This document shows, piece after piece, positions 28,280-43,684 of a DNA stretch of 64,000 bases (positions are counted from its first letter, which is position 1; each line of letters begins with the position of its first letter). The stretch is from Octopus bimaculoides. Taxonomy: Eukaryota. The stretch covers positions 28,341,916 to 28,405,915 of the forward strand of contig NC_068988.1 of the NCBI RefSeq assembly GCF_001194135.2, in the 5' to 3' direction. Under the pieces are notes generated by a model. It made no database searches. It had not been told where the DNA came from and worked only from the letters and a program-made list of their open reading frames with translations. A program made the position numbers and the translations under genes.

Positions 28280-28672
28280 CCTTTTATCCTTTTACTTGTT
28301 TCAGCCATTAGACTGAGGTCATGCTGGGGCACTGCCTTGAAGGGTTTTAGTCGAACAAATTGACCCCAGGACTTATTATTTTTTTTAAAGCCTAGTACTT
28401 ATTCTATCAGTCTCTTTTGTCAAACCACTAAGTTATGGGAATGTAAATACACCAACACCGATTGTCAAGTGGTGATGGGGGACAAACACAGACACAAAGA
28501 CACACACATGATGGGCTTCTTTCAGTTTCCATTTACCAAATTCACTCACAAGGCTTTGGTTGGCCTGAGGTTATAGTAGAAGACACTTGCCCAAGGTGCC
28601 ACGTAGTGGGACTGAACCTGGAACCATGTGATTGTGAAGCAAACTTCTTATCACACAGCCATGCTTACACCA
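28280..28672 (-). mobile_element. SINE family A
   Basis: Full-length reverse copy. Confidence 0.8.
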
Positions 28673-29468
28673 AGCAAACTTCTTCTTGAGGCCTAGGATT
28701 CGTAAAGCTGATTGCTCAGTTTCCATGGTGTATAAGTAAATACGATGCTGGTCTGCTGTGGGGTTCAAAGACAGCAATTTTGAGGGAAGGAGACAAGTTG
28801 ATTACACTGACCCCAGTACTTGACTGATTTCTTTATTTTATTGCCCCCCCCCTTACCTCCCCCCTTCCATCCCCCAAAAGAATGAAAGGCAAAGTTGACA
28901 TCAGTAAGATTTGAATTCAGAACATAAAGAGCCGGAAGAAATGCGACTAAGCATTTTCTCTGAAGTGCTAATGATTCTGCCAGCTTACCGCCTTGGTAAC
29001 TCTATATATCTGACTGTAAGGCCTCCGAGTTTATTGTAAGAACTACACAAGATATCAATAACATTATAATCCATTAATCAGAGCTATTATTGATTACTCT
29101 CTGTCACTGCTGCCCTTCGTTAACAATTAAATTCTTTACTTCATAATCATCATAATATTTAAGGTATTTTGTCTTTCAGTATTTTATAGTTATTTCTATA
29201 CATTCTGGTCCTACATTATACCTGGCTATAATCATTACTGAAACCAATAAACACTTGTTAGTAATTGATCTATGAACCATGTGGCTATTATTACTGAACT
29301 GGTTTCATTCAGATATATGAAACCAGTTTCAAATCTGGGGCATATAGTACTAGAAACAAACAATATTTGTTGATTTTGCTTAGCGCCAGTTCAAACATGA
29401 CTAAGAAATATAACCTTGAATGAAAAGCATTCTGACTTTGTTTTAGACAGTGCATGCAGAGGTATATT

Positions 29469-29694
29469 TACTTCTTTATTGCCCACAGGGGGCTAAACAT
29501 AGAGGGGACAAACAAGGACAGACAAAGGACTTAAGTCGATTACATCGACCCCAGTACGTAACTGGTACCTATTTAATCGATGAAAGGCAAAGTCGACCTC
29601 AGCAGAATTTGAACTCAGAACGTAATTAATGGCAGACGAAATACTGCTAAGCATTTCGCCCATCGTGCTAACGGTTCTGCCAGCTCGCCGACTT
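29469..29694 (-). mobile_element. SINE family B with 15-bp TSD
   Basis: atg(c/t)agaggtatatt at 29454-29468 and 29695-29709. Other copies at ~22830, 28780, 38200-38900 and 58172. Confidence 0.85.
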
Positions 29695-29739
29695 ATGTAG
29701 AGGTATATTATCCTATATCCTTCATACAATCATTTAGAG

Positions 29740-30023
29740 CAGTGGTTCTCAACCAGGGTCCATATAAGATTTTGTGGGGTCCACGTTAGCAAAATAATCA
29801 ATTGGGGATCCACAGCAGTATTTTAAGGGTTTTGATTTAAATGTGTGCATTGCAAGAAACAGCCAGGTTTCTTTCTCTAACATTTTACATAGTTGAACCT
29901 GTACAGGTAAATGAATGAATAACGAAATAAAATAAGTTTTTAAGCATCAAATGGCTATAGGGTCCACCAGAATAAAATAGTAATCAAAGGGGTCCACAGA
30001 TAAAAAATGGATGAGCATCACTG
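29740..30023. mobile_element. hAT MITE
   Basis: Starts cagtggttctcaacc; perfect 8-bp TSD atttagag. Confidence 0.85.
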
Positions 30024-30854
30024 ATTTAGAGGATCTTCAGTTTTGGTACCCAGTATGTTCTGGCAAGAGGTAGTTACATTGGTGGATACATATATAGTGA
30101 TAATGAATATCTCATATACAGATATGGATAATATTCTAGTGATTTTCTTTGCTGAGTTTATCAGCTCAAAATCATTGTTTATTAACTAACCTTTCTATCA
30201 TTTATTGTTTGTGTACATGTGTGTGTCTTTGTCTAGACATCATGTGATAGGTGTAAATGAGCACCACTGTCAAATGAGGTTGATTCCAGTCTTCTCTGAA
30301 AAACATGCTTGGAACGCAAGGTGAGGGTTGACAATAGGAAGGGCTTCTAGCAGTAAAAAATTCTTCCTTAATAAATTCTATCTGACCCATGCAAGCATGG
30401 AAAAGAGGATGTTAAATGATGTTGATGATGTTGTTGTTGTTGTTGTTGTTGCTTCAACATAGAATTCAATCTACTTCAGTAGTATTTGTTGACAACAACA
30501 AGATTGAATAGAATCATGAGACTGTATAGAAACCGAGACAATTTCCAAAGAGACAAAACGATAAAGGTCCAAGCAGTGAACAGATGGCATATAAAACATT
30601 TGGAAAAACATGTTGCTATGGGTTTAGGAGATTAGGTGGGAAAGGCAAAAAAGTAAAAACGTATGTAAAGTGATATTTGGAAATAATTCTAAGCCAGATG
30701 TGATTTGAAAAATAAGAATTCGTTGCATGGAATTTTTTTTACAGAGTTTAAGTTTTCAAATCCAATCTGTTGCTGAGAAAGATGACTGAAACATGCAAGA
30801 CTGGCTGAAACTAATAAGAGATAATACTATCTGGCATTGGGATATTGTCTGGAG

Positions 30855-31069
30855 GAGTGGTTCGCAACCATTTTTTATCTATGGGCTCCTTTGATTCCTA
30901 TCTTACTTTGGTAGACTCTCATAATCATTTGAAGCTCGCTTCCCAACCATATGGTTCCAGGTTCAGTCCCACTGTGTGGCACCTTGGGCAAGTGTTTTTT
31001 ACTATAGCCTCAGGCCGACCAAAGCCTTGTGAGTGGATTTGGTAGACGGAAAGTGAAAGAAGCCCATCG

Positions 31070-31128
<59 letters not shown>

Positions 31129-31465
31129 CATCGTCGTATATAGGTATATGTATATATTTATGTGTATGTGAGTCTTTGTGCCTGTGTTTGTCCCCCTGCC
31201 ATCGCTTCACAACTGATGTAGGTATGTTTACATCCCCATAACTTAGCGGTTTGGCAAAAGAGACCAACGAATAAGTACTTGGCTTACAAAGAGTAAGTCC
31301 TGGGGTAAATTTGTTTGATTAAAACCCTTTAAGGCGGTGTTCCAGCATGGCCACAGTCAAGTGACTGAAATGAGTAAAAGAATAAAAGAATAAAAATTGT
31401 AGAAGTATAGCCATAAATTTTGATAATAAAATTTTATAAGGACCCCCAAGGGTTGAAAATCACTG
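30855..31465. mobile_element. hAT MITE with nested SINE (~30932-31392)
   Basis: Degenerate TIRs, perfect 8-bp TSD gtctggag, internal SINE body and tail. Confidence 0.8.
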
Positions 31466-32289
31466 GTCTGGAGAAATATCTTATATCAGATTTGCCATAC
31501 ATGTTACTGTGTTACTGAATATTATTTTATTTAACCATAAAAAAAAACAATTCATAAACCTTTCAAAATATGGTTTTGCTTTTCATTTAATGACAAAGTT
31601 TTTCAAATATAATTATTTAGGCAAATCAGAAAATTATTGTATTTGATGGCATAAAAGACAAATGGGAATATCAAATGCACTCCAATTTCAGCAGCACATT
31701 TACAGGAAAAAATGATTTTGGTGCATTAAAGCATGTAATGGCCCTGAATTTTCATAGAGGACCCAGGGTAGTTTTTTTGAGACATTTTATTTTGAAATGT
31801 GCATTTTATATGTCACCAAAATATGTTAATGACTTGGTGTGTTTTATAACACTAGGCACTCTAATATGGATCAAAATACCTATTTTCTAAATATGCAGGA
31901 TTCAACCAATAGTCATGTAAAATGTCTAAGCCCATAATATAACAGCTACTGTTAAGACTTGGTGATCCACAGGTGCTGGTACCACATAAAAAGCACCCAG
32001 TACACTCTGTAAAGTGGCTGGCATTAGGAAGGGCATCCAGCCATAGAAACCATGCCAAAAAGATGACTGGAGTCTGGTGCAGCCTTTCAGCTTGAAAACT
32101 TTTGTCAAACTATCCAACCTATACCAGCATGGAGAATGGATGTTAAAAGATGAAGATGATGATGATGAAGAGGTTTGGGGTCTTAATCTATAAACCTTAA
32201 CCATTCAATCATAATAATCCCTGTTTAAAAAAAATATCATTGCAGTAAGGCTTTTGTTTCCATTTCTACTCATCACCATCATCATCATC

Positions 32290-32655
32290 CTTTCACATCT
32301 TCTTTCCATGCTTGCATGGATTTCATGAATCTATTCTACAAAATATCTCTCCACAGTCATGGCTCCTTATCAGCTTTCACCACTTCTGCCCATATCTTCT
32401 TCAGTGTTCCTCTCCCACTCAGATCTCTTGCTACTTCTTTATCCAAATATCACCCTACATATACATCACACGTCTGTACCAGGGCAGTCTTGTTTCTTGC
32501 ACACTACATCTGATTCCCCACATACTCAGTTTTCCTCTCGGCTTATTTGTGCTCCATCATTCAAACACACTAATATTGTATATCCAGTGAAGCATGCTTA
32601 CTTCACTTTATTCCAAGCATTGCATAATCTCTGTATTCAATGCCCCTATTGCTAA
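32290..32655 (-). mobile_element. RTE-type LINE 3' fragment
   Basis: Degenerate match to the SMLRW...RCSVQERRLRWY...KTWAEVV region. Related pieces at ~47480, 60200, 61470 and 63500. Confidence 0.6.
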
Positions 32656-32764
32656 TGTAATTAGATACCTTTAGACCTTCAGTTGCAGTTTAGCAGTAAG
32701 AAGTTGGAACACAATTTTATATGATATTTCAACTCTCTAATCTGTTTACACATATTAATACCCC

Positions 32765-32802
<38 letters not shown>

Positions 32803-32976
32803 TCATTACCATCATCATCATCTTTTAACATCCGTCTTCCACACTAGCATGGTTTGGAGGACTGTACCGAGCTCCACTGTCTGCTTTGGTTTGGTTTCTA
32901 CAACTGGGTGCCCTTCCTAATGCCAACAACTTTTCTTCAGAGCAAACTAGATGCTTTTTACATGCCACTACTAGCA

Positions 32977-33015
<39 letters not shown>

Positions 33016-33169
33016 GTATAATAATATAGATTTAATCAAAAAATTAAATGTGGTACTTAAAATGTTTGAGGCACCAGAATTTGGTAGGGTAAAAACCAAA
33101 AACAAAATCAAGAGATTTGGTGAATAAAATTTGAAGAAAAGCAACAAAAATTCATTAGGTTATAGCAGT

Positions 33170-35540
<2,371 letters not shown>

Positions 35541-36139
35541 CTAGTAAGCGCATAATAAAACACAAGCATTGAGTATCTGACATTATTAGTCCTTGGAAAT
35601 GTTGTTTGAAAAAGTTGGGGAATAACTTGGGATTTCAGAATGAAACCAATGTTTTTGCATACATTCATTTATTCATTTATCACTCATTTGTTTAACATGG
35701 TGTTGTTCTTTTGGAACCAAACACTCATGATAAATGAAAATAACTGCATTGTTAGTGTTTATGAATTTTGACCATAGTGTTAGATTGATTATCTAATTGT
35801 TATACATCTCATTTTTATATTTGTACTACAGTAAGAAAATATTCTGTTATCCTAACAGTTACTGAGAAACCAATATTTTCACCATTATCAGTTGCAGAAT
35901 CTTTAATTAAGTTACCAATTCTCCTACATCCAGTTTACAATTTCTTACATAAATTACCGCTTTAATAAGTACTATTGTTGTTGGGGCCCTAAGCAACAGA
36001 AGGATATATGAGTCTGCCTATTATCGCAGCTCAATGTAATATTCTGTTATTGTTCAATTATAAAAAAACAAAACAAAAGCCACTGAAATCTGATCCATAA
36101 TCCTAACTAAATGAACTACATTCATTTCTATCTAACTAC

Positions 36140-36562
36140 AACTGGCATTGAGTAAAAAGCACTCAAGGCAATCGTGCTGGTGTCACGTAAGAGGCACTCA
36201 TGTCACTGTCACGTACAAAAGCACTTGTGCTGGTGCCACATACAAGGCACTTGTGCCAGTGTCACATAAAAAGCACCTGAGCTGGTGTTGTATAAAAGGC
36301 CCTGGTACCAATGTCATGCAAAATGCACTTGGGTAAATGTCACATAAAAAGCACTTCTGCAGGTGCCTCGTGAAGGTGCCCATGCCAGTGCCACATAAAA
36401 AGGCACCCAGTACACTGTATAGCATCAGGAAGGGCACCCAGCTATAGAAACTATATCAAAACAGACAAATGGAGCCTGGTGCAGCTCTCCAGCTGGCTAG
36501 CTCCTACCAAACTGTCCAACCCATGCCAGCATGGAAGATGGACATAAAATGATGATGATGAT
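36140..36562 (+). mobile_element. SINE family C, (GAT)n-tailed, with internal ~26-bp tandem array
   Basis: Tail ccaacccatgccagcatggaa...gatgatgat shared with copies at ~625, 5690, 31960, 32810, 40712, 47140, 57130 and 63870. Confidence 0.75.
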
Positions 36563-37008
36563 AACTACAACCCCCACTTTACATATTTGTATTTAGTAAC
36601 TCAATTGATATGTCTTGATTATGCAGTGTCATTCCTATTCACTTTCTAAAAGTACCTTTTTTTTTTCCTGATGATTTCTTTCCAAACAATAACTACTGTG
36701 TGGTTTCTGATTACTTGCACAAGAAAGTAATTTACTGTTCTAAACAAATAACAGCTAGGTTCATTACTGGATAATTAGGTGAGTTTTCAACCAAAGCATT
36801 CTGTCTGTCTTTTCTTTTCTTTTTTTTTCTCTTTTAATTTTTCATTTTTGCACACATTACAAATGCAAAAAAGATAGATATTATAGCAATTAAAATTGTA
36901 TCTATGTACGGTTTCAAAGATGTGAATTTGGATAATGCTTCTTATCTATTTGGAACACCATAATGAAAGCCAGCATTTTTAAAAAACTCCCATAGAACTT
37001 TGTTATAC

Positions 37009-37056
37009 CTTTCATGAATGAAAGTAAGACATCAGTTTCACAAAGCAATGTATACA
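37009..37056 (-). other. Candidate internal exon, 48 nt
   Basis: Acceptor atttttatgttccag, donor AAG|gtataa. Phase 1 is open (YTLLCETDVLLSFMK). Confidence 0.4.
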
Positions 37057-37271
37057 CTGGAACATAAAAATTCTTGTAGTTATTAACATCAGTGTTTTAA
37101 CATCCACTTTTCCATGGTTGCATGGGTCAGATGAAGTTTATTGAGGCATATTTTCTATGGCCAGATGCCAACCCTCACCTCTTTACAAACAAGGTTGTAT
37201 TTCCCCATGGTTAGACATAATTTCACAGAATATCAGAAATAAATGACACTGCTTGTATGGTATCAAGCTAA

Positions 37272-37332
<61 letters not shown>

Positions 37333-37367
37333 CACTTTATTTAAAAGCAGCAGAAATATAACAAAAA

Positions 37368-37409
37368 AACCGTTACTCTGAGTTTCACGTTCCCGTTCAT
37401 CGGACAGTT
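37368..37409 (-). ncRNA. Type I hammerhead ribozyme motif (U4C core) in a Penelope-like end
   Basis: AACTGT-CCGATGA-ACG(GGAA)CGT-GAAA-CTCAGAG-TA-ACGGTT. Confidence 0.65.
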
Positions 37410-37836
37410 TTGTCTANNNNNNNNNNNNNNNNNNNNNNNNNNNNNNNNNNNNNNNNNNNNNNNNNNNNNNNNNNNNNNNNNNNNNNNNNNNNNNNNNNNN
37501 NNNNNNNNNNNNNNNNNNNNNNNNNNNNNNNNNNNNNNNNNNNNNNNNNNNNNNNNNNNNNNNNNNNNNNNNNNNNNNNNNNNNNNNNNNNNNNNNNNNN
37601 NNNNNNNNNNNNNNNNNNNNNNNNNNNNNNNNNNNNNNNNNNNNNNNNNNNNNNNNNNNNNNNNNNNNNNNNNNNNNNNNNNNNNNNNNNNNNNNNNNNN
37701 NNNNNNNNNNNNNNNNNNNNNNNNNNNNNNNNNNNNNNNNNNNNNNNNNNNNNNNNNNNNNNNNNNNNNNNNNNNNNNNNNNNNNNNNNNNNNNNNNNNN
37801 NNNNNNNNNNNNNNNNNNNNNNNNNNNNNNNNNNNN

Positions 37837-37902
<66 letters not shown>

Positions 37903-39432
37903 ACAGGCTTCTTTCAGCTTCCACATACCAATTCCACTCACAAGGCTTTGGTTGTTCTAGAGTTATAATAGAAGGTACTTGCCCAAGATGTCACACAGTA
38001 GGACTGAACATGAAACCATGTGGCTGGGAAGCGAACTTCTCAATCACATAGCCATGATTGCACCTATTATATTCTATAGTTATATTTTATCAGACTGATC
38101 AACATAGACTGAAAATTTTGATTTGAAAGTGATTCTTCTTGACAAATATCAGACTGGAAGAATTCTCACTGAGAGAATCAGGCAAAATACCATACAATAT
38201 TTCTTTTGACTCTAAGCTAGCAGAATTATTATTAGCATGCTGGGCAAAATGCTTAGCAGCATTTCATCTGTTTATATGTTCTGAGCTCAAAATTCCACTG
38301 AGGTCAACTTTGCCCTTCACCCTTTCAGGGTCAATAAAATAAATACCAGTTGAACACTAGGGTCGATGTAATTGATTTACCAACTCCCTTAAAATTGTTT
38401 GCCGTGTGCCAAAATTTGAAACCAATGTTTCTTCTGACTTCTGAGTTCCAATACCACTGAGGTCTACTTTGTCTTTCATCCTTCTAGGGACAACAAGTAT
38501 TAGTCAAGAACTAGGACAAGGCAGCAAACTGGCAAATCATTAGCACATTGGACAAAATGCATAATGGCATTTCTTGTGGTTCTTTACATTTTGAATTCAA
38601 ATCCTACCAAGTCAAATTTGCTTTCCATCCCTTCAGGGCAGATAAATAAATCATCTGTCAAGTACGAGGGGTCAATATAATCAACTAGGCCCCTCCCATC
38701 AAAAAAATGCTGGCCTTGAACCCTGCAACAGATTGACATCCTGTTCAGGGGAATTCTGTGATTTTGGTCACTTATTTGCCATGGAAACTGAGTAAGCTTA
38801 TGAGTCGTAGACCTTGGGAAGAAAATAAGTACTGGAATAGATTCAATCATCTAACCCCACTCCCTTCAAAATTGCTGGCCCTCTACCATAATCAGAACCA
38901 ATCATTATTAGTGATAAAGAATCCAACACTTTCAATCCAGTCTGGCAGTAAATACATTTGTTATTGTTCATATCACAACCTTGCATTTAAATTGATTACC
39001 TCAGGCCAACCAAAGCCTTGTGAGTGGATTTGGTAGACAGAAACTGAAAGAAGACACATATGTGTGTGAATGTGTATCTTTGTGTTTATCCCCAACCAAT
39101 GCTTGACAACTGATGTTGGTGTGTTTACATCCCATAATGTAGCAGTTCGGCAAAGGAGATCAGTAGAATAAGTACGATGCTTTAAAAAATAAGCAATGGG
39201 GTTGATTCATTTGACTAAAATTCTTCAAAGTGGTGCCCCAGCATGGTCACAGTCGAACGACTGAAACAAGTGAAAGATAGAAGATATAAACACTAACGTT
39301 AATTATTTAACTGTATTCTGTTCTAATGAACTAATCAACAATTATTTCAGCCAGCAGACACTTTTGATATTAAAATAAAATACACAAATATCAAGGGCCT
39401 TTGATCATGATTGACCAATTGATTGATTGTTT

Positions 39433-39454
39433 AGACAGACAGACAGACAGATAA

Positions 39455-39491
<37 letters not shown>

Positions 39492-39692
39492 AGGATGATT
39501 GGATGGATGGACAGAGGGATGGATGGACAGACAGAGGGAAGGATGGACAGACAGAAGGATGGATGGACAGACAGTGGGGTGGATGGACAGACAGAGGGAT
39601 GGATGGACAGACAGAAGGATGGATGGAGAGATAGAGGGATGAATGGACAGACAGAGGGAAGGATGGACAGACAGAGGGATGGGTGGACAGAC
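39433..39692. repeat. GACA/GATA/GGAT microsatellite grading into a 20-bp minisatellite
   Basis: About nine units of ggatggacagacagagggat. Confidence 0.9.
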
Positions 39693-40052
39693 GAATATTT
39701 CAGCCTCAAGATAATTACTACAATATCACCAACCAAACAAACTCCCACTATTCAAAATTGAGAGTAATTTAAAGAATCCACATACCAACAAGAAACAAAC
39801 ACCAGTAATATTTTGAAAGGATACACAATGGTTATTTGTCTAGACATATAATTTATCTAAATANNNNNNNNNNNNNNNNNNNNNNNNNNNNNNNNNNNNN
39901 NNNNNNNNNNNNNNNNNNNNNNNNNNNNNNNNNNNNNNNNNNNNNNNNNNNNNNNNNNNNNNNNNNNNNNNNNNNNNNNNNNNNNNNNNNNATATATATA
40001 TATATATAATTAATAACAGCAATTTAGCTGATATGATAAAGCTGTGATGTGC

Positions 40053-40203
40053 ACAAGCATGGCTGTGTGGTTAAGAAGCTTGCTTTGAAAACTATGTGTT
40101 TCAGGTTCAGACCCACTACAGAGCATCTTCTACTATAGCCCTGGGACAACTAATGCCATGTGAGTAAATTTGGTAGATGAAAACTGTGTATAATCCCATT
40201 GTG

Positions 40204-40255
<52 letters not shown>

Positions 40256-40445
40256 TATATGTGTCTCTGTGACTGTATTTGTGCCCTGCCACCACTTGAC
40301 AACCGATGCTGGTTTGTTTACATCCTTGTAATTTAGCAGTTCCACATCAGAGACCAACAGAGTAAGTACTAGACTGAAAAATGGTGTCCCAGCATGGCTG
40401 CAGTCCAATGACTGAGACAAGCAACAGGCAGCAGATAAAAGATAA
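40053..40445 (+). mobile_element. SINE family A
   Basis: Head, (TG)n linker and tail. Confidence 0.75.
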
Positions 40446-42115
40446 ATCACATATATGAATGATGCTTGAGAGTTAAAAATGAATAAAGAGTAAAGATAAA
40501 GGAATACCAAGTAAAGATAGAGTAATTTGCTAAAACTGCTGACTGGACAAGTGGTGGACCTTGGTCATTCAGCATTGAGGATTCACTTATTTCATCAACT
40601 GAATTATCTGCTCCTGAATATGTTCCAGTGTGTAACTGGCTGAGTATTCCACAGACATTTGTGCTTTTAATGTAATTCTCAGGCAGAATCAATGTAATGC
40701 AGTGCATGTGTCATCATCATCATCATTTAACGTCCATTTTCCATGCTGGTATGGGTTAGATGGTTCAAAAAGAGGCTGGCAAGCCGGAGAGATACACCAA
40801 GCTCCATTTGTCTGTTTTGGCTTGGTTTCTACGGCTGGATGCCCTTCCTAATGCCAACCACTTTACAGTTGTGTACTGAGTGTTTTTTTATGTGGCACCA
40901 GCGGGGTCACCAAGTAGCTTGCAAGACAAAGCCATCTCAGGTGAGAGAAAGAAATGGTTGTGAGCCAGGTCAGAGGTTAGTGTATAAAAGAGGGACAGAG
41001 ACAGTTATCTTACTATGGTGGGGCTACTTGACTACCAATAGGACAGGGAAGGAGAGGAGAGAGAGAGAGAAAGAGAAAGAGAGTTAGAGTGAGAGAGAGA
41101 AAAATAAATGGTGTTGTACTTTTTGAATCCATCCAACAGGATTCCATATTGTCTCCATTTATCCAATTTCACTCACCATCATTATTGTTGTCATCATTTG
41201 ATATTTGTTTTTCCGTAAGTTGGATGGTTTGATAGGATCCATTGAACCAGAAGACGGTCAACTTCTAACATCTGCTTTGGCATAGTTTCAACCACTGGAT
41301 GCCTTTTCTAATGCCCACCACTTTACAGTGTGTACTGAATGCTTTTTACATGGCACCACCAGCACCAGTGAGGTCACCATGTACTCCACAAGATGAGATC
41401 ACTCGACTGATGGATGTCAAACTATGATAGAAGGACAAGAAGATGTCTTGCTGAAGTGGTGAATACACAATTTTTACCAGCTGGAGGAAGGGTGGGGGAG
41501 AGAGACAGACAGATAGAGAGAGCGAGGAGAAAGGTTTAGTGAAGGCATATCCTCAAGATACAAGGTGAATATGAGAGAAGGAGACTATAGAAAATGACAT
41601 CTGCCCAAGATGCCATGCAATAAGATTGAACCCAGGGTCTTGTGGTTATGAAGTGATATTTGCTATCTTTCATCTTACACTTGTTTCAGTCATTGGAATA
41701 CGACCATGCTGGGGCGCTGTCTTGAAAGGTTTTAGTTGAACAAATCAACCCCAGTACTTACTTTTTAAGTCTAGTACTTATTCTACTGGTCTCCTTTGTA
41801 GAATGGCTAAATTACAAGGATGTTAACAAACCAACACTTGTTGTCAAGTGGTGGGGGACAAACATAGGCATGAAGACACAAACACATAGACATATACATG
41901 GGGCTTTTACCAAATTCACTCACATGGTATCGGTCAACCTGGGCCTATAAGGAGAAGACATTTGCCCATGATATTATGCAGTGGAATTGAACCTGAAACT
42001 ATATAGTTGCAAAGCGAGCTGCTTAACCACACAGCTAAGCTAAGCCAAGCCTATACAGATAAATATTCTTCAACTAGATAATCCCAAACTCAGGCGGGAT
42101 GCTGTTTTCACTTAC

Positions 42116-42178
42116 TGCTGTGTTTCATGAATTTAACAGCTTATCCCAGACATACATAATTTCCAGTACTTTTATCAA
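42116..42178 (-). other. Candidate internal exon, 63 nt, stops in all frames
   Basis: Acceptor ctgttttcctgtag, donor GCA|gtaagt. Confidence 0.45.
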
Positions 42179-42960
42179 CTACAGGAAAACAGAATGGAAC
42201 ATAACAATAAAAGTAAGTAAATAAAAAGAAAATCAACCATAACATGACTTTAACTTTGGAATTCTGAAATGTTAAAACATAATACGCGACCAATGAATCA
42301 CAATGCTTATTCTAGGCTAACAGAGTTCAAATCCCGAAGGAGGAGCATATAGCTAAACTGACAAAGAACATTCTTTCAGTTAATCGTTTATTTAAACAGT
42401 TTACTTTACAAAATAATTATATAAACGGCAAAAAGAATTTTTTTAAATGGTATTGTAAGCTATTTGTTGACTGAAAATATTTTTATCTTTAACTGGAAAG
42501 AATATGTAGTAAGTATCCAGAGCAAAATTATATAAATTTTGTAATGAAACTTAATATGCTAAAGACAAGCATATTTCCTCAACTAATGATTTGGGCGAGA
42601 AACAAATTAAGCTTAGCGACATAAAGTTAAAAGAAATCAACCCAATGCTGTTGATAAAATATTTATAGTGTGTAGCAAGATTACTACTCTGTTTACCAGT
42701 TTAAATATGATGTCAGAGTACTATTTAGTTCCTGTTTGCCATAAAGGTGAACCATTCTTGATATAACAAAACAGTAATTAACAAATTAATTTAACAGTAA
42801 AGACCACTTAGTATCTAATACTGGTGAGAGCATAATAAAGAACTTGAAATGAATATATTAGTCGATAAGAGGCACTCTGAAATGAGTCTGATGCTTAAAG
42901 AGAGAATTTTTCTCTGTGGCAAACTGCAGTGAAAATGGCCTTTTTATAAACCAAATAAAA

Positions 42961-43184
42961 TATGAGGGAGTGCTGAAAAGTTCCTGGCTTTAAAGGTATC
43001 GTGAAAGGCCTGCTTGGAGGCCCAACCTTCTGAGTTCTTTTACAGGGCTTAAAAAAAAAACTGAAGGACCACTGCAATAAGTGTGTGAATCTGAGAGAGG
43101 AATATGTTGGATATAATCATAATTAATTGATCCTCCTGTATTTTCTTTTACCCAAAGCCAAGAACTTTTCAGCACCTCCTCATA
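42961..43184 (+). mobile_element. Non-autonomous mariner element
   Basis: ~30-bp TIRs tatgagggagtgctgaaaagttcctggcttt / aaagccaagaacttttcagcacctcctcata with TA ends; internal mariner C-terminus-like LKDHCNKCVNLREEYV. Confidence 0.8.
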
Positions 43185-43407
43185 TGTCCCAAACATATTT
43201 GAACTGTTTTAAAAGTTTTATTTCAGAACACTGTTCCACATGCCAACCATGAATTGTGATCTGGCCTTCCAGTTGCAGCACACAGTTAGTACATAATTTC
43301 TACTAATTTCTTATAAGGAAGAAAAGGCTTTCACTCATTTCAGAGTTATCCTACTTGGTATCTAATATTGATGAGAGCATAAAGAGCTCAGAATGCATAT
43401 ACAAGTG

Positions 43408-43684
43408 CAGTGATTCCAAAACTTTTTTAGACTGCTGCCCCCTTGACACCCAAGTCACATTCCTAGTACCCCACGACTACACCTACCACAACCACAGCAA
43501 ATTCAAAACAACTGTATTTCACAAATAAAACTTAACCTAATTAACCCATTATTTGGGATTTTTTTTCAAATCCATTGTCACCTTTTGACCACCACATTAT
43601 TGCCCCACTTTTCTTCAACACCCTCTGCCCCAGATCTTTCTACCACCCCCAAGGGTGCAGTTCTGCCCACTTTGGGAACCACTA
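43408..43684. mobile_element. hAT MITE (older)
   Basis: Ends cagtgattccaaa / tttgggaaccacta; TSD matches 6/8. Confidence 0.6.

Noticed and set aside
29297-29328. Perfect 12-bp hairpin aactggtttcat/atgaaaccagtt
   Set aside because: Too short and AT-rich to separate from chance or a MITE scar.
36160-36420. CRISPR-like array
   Set aside because: Contiguous diverged units with no spacers, inside a eukaryotic SINE.
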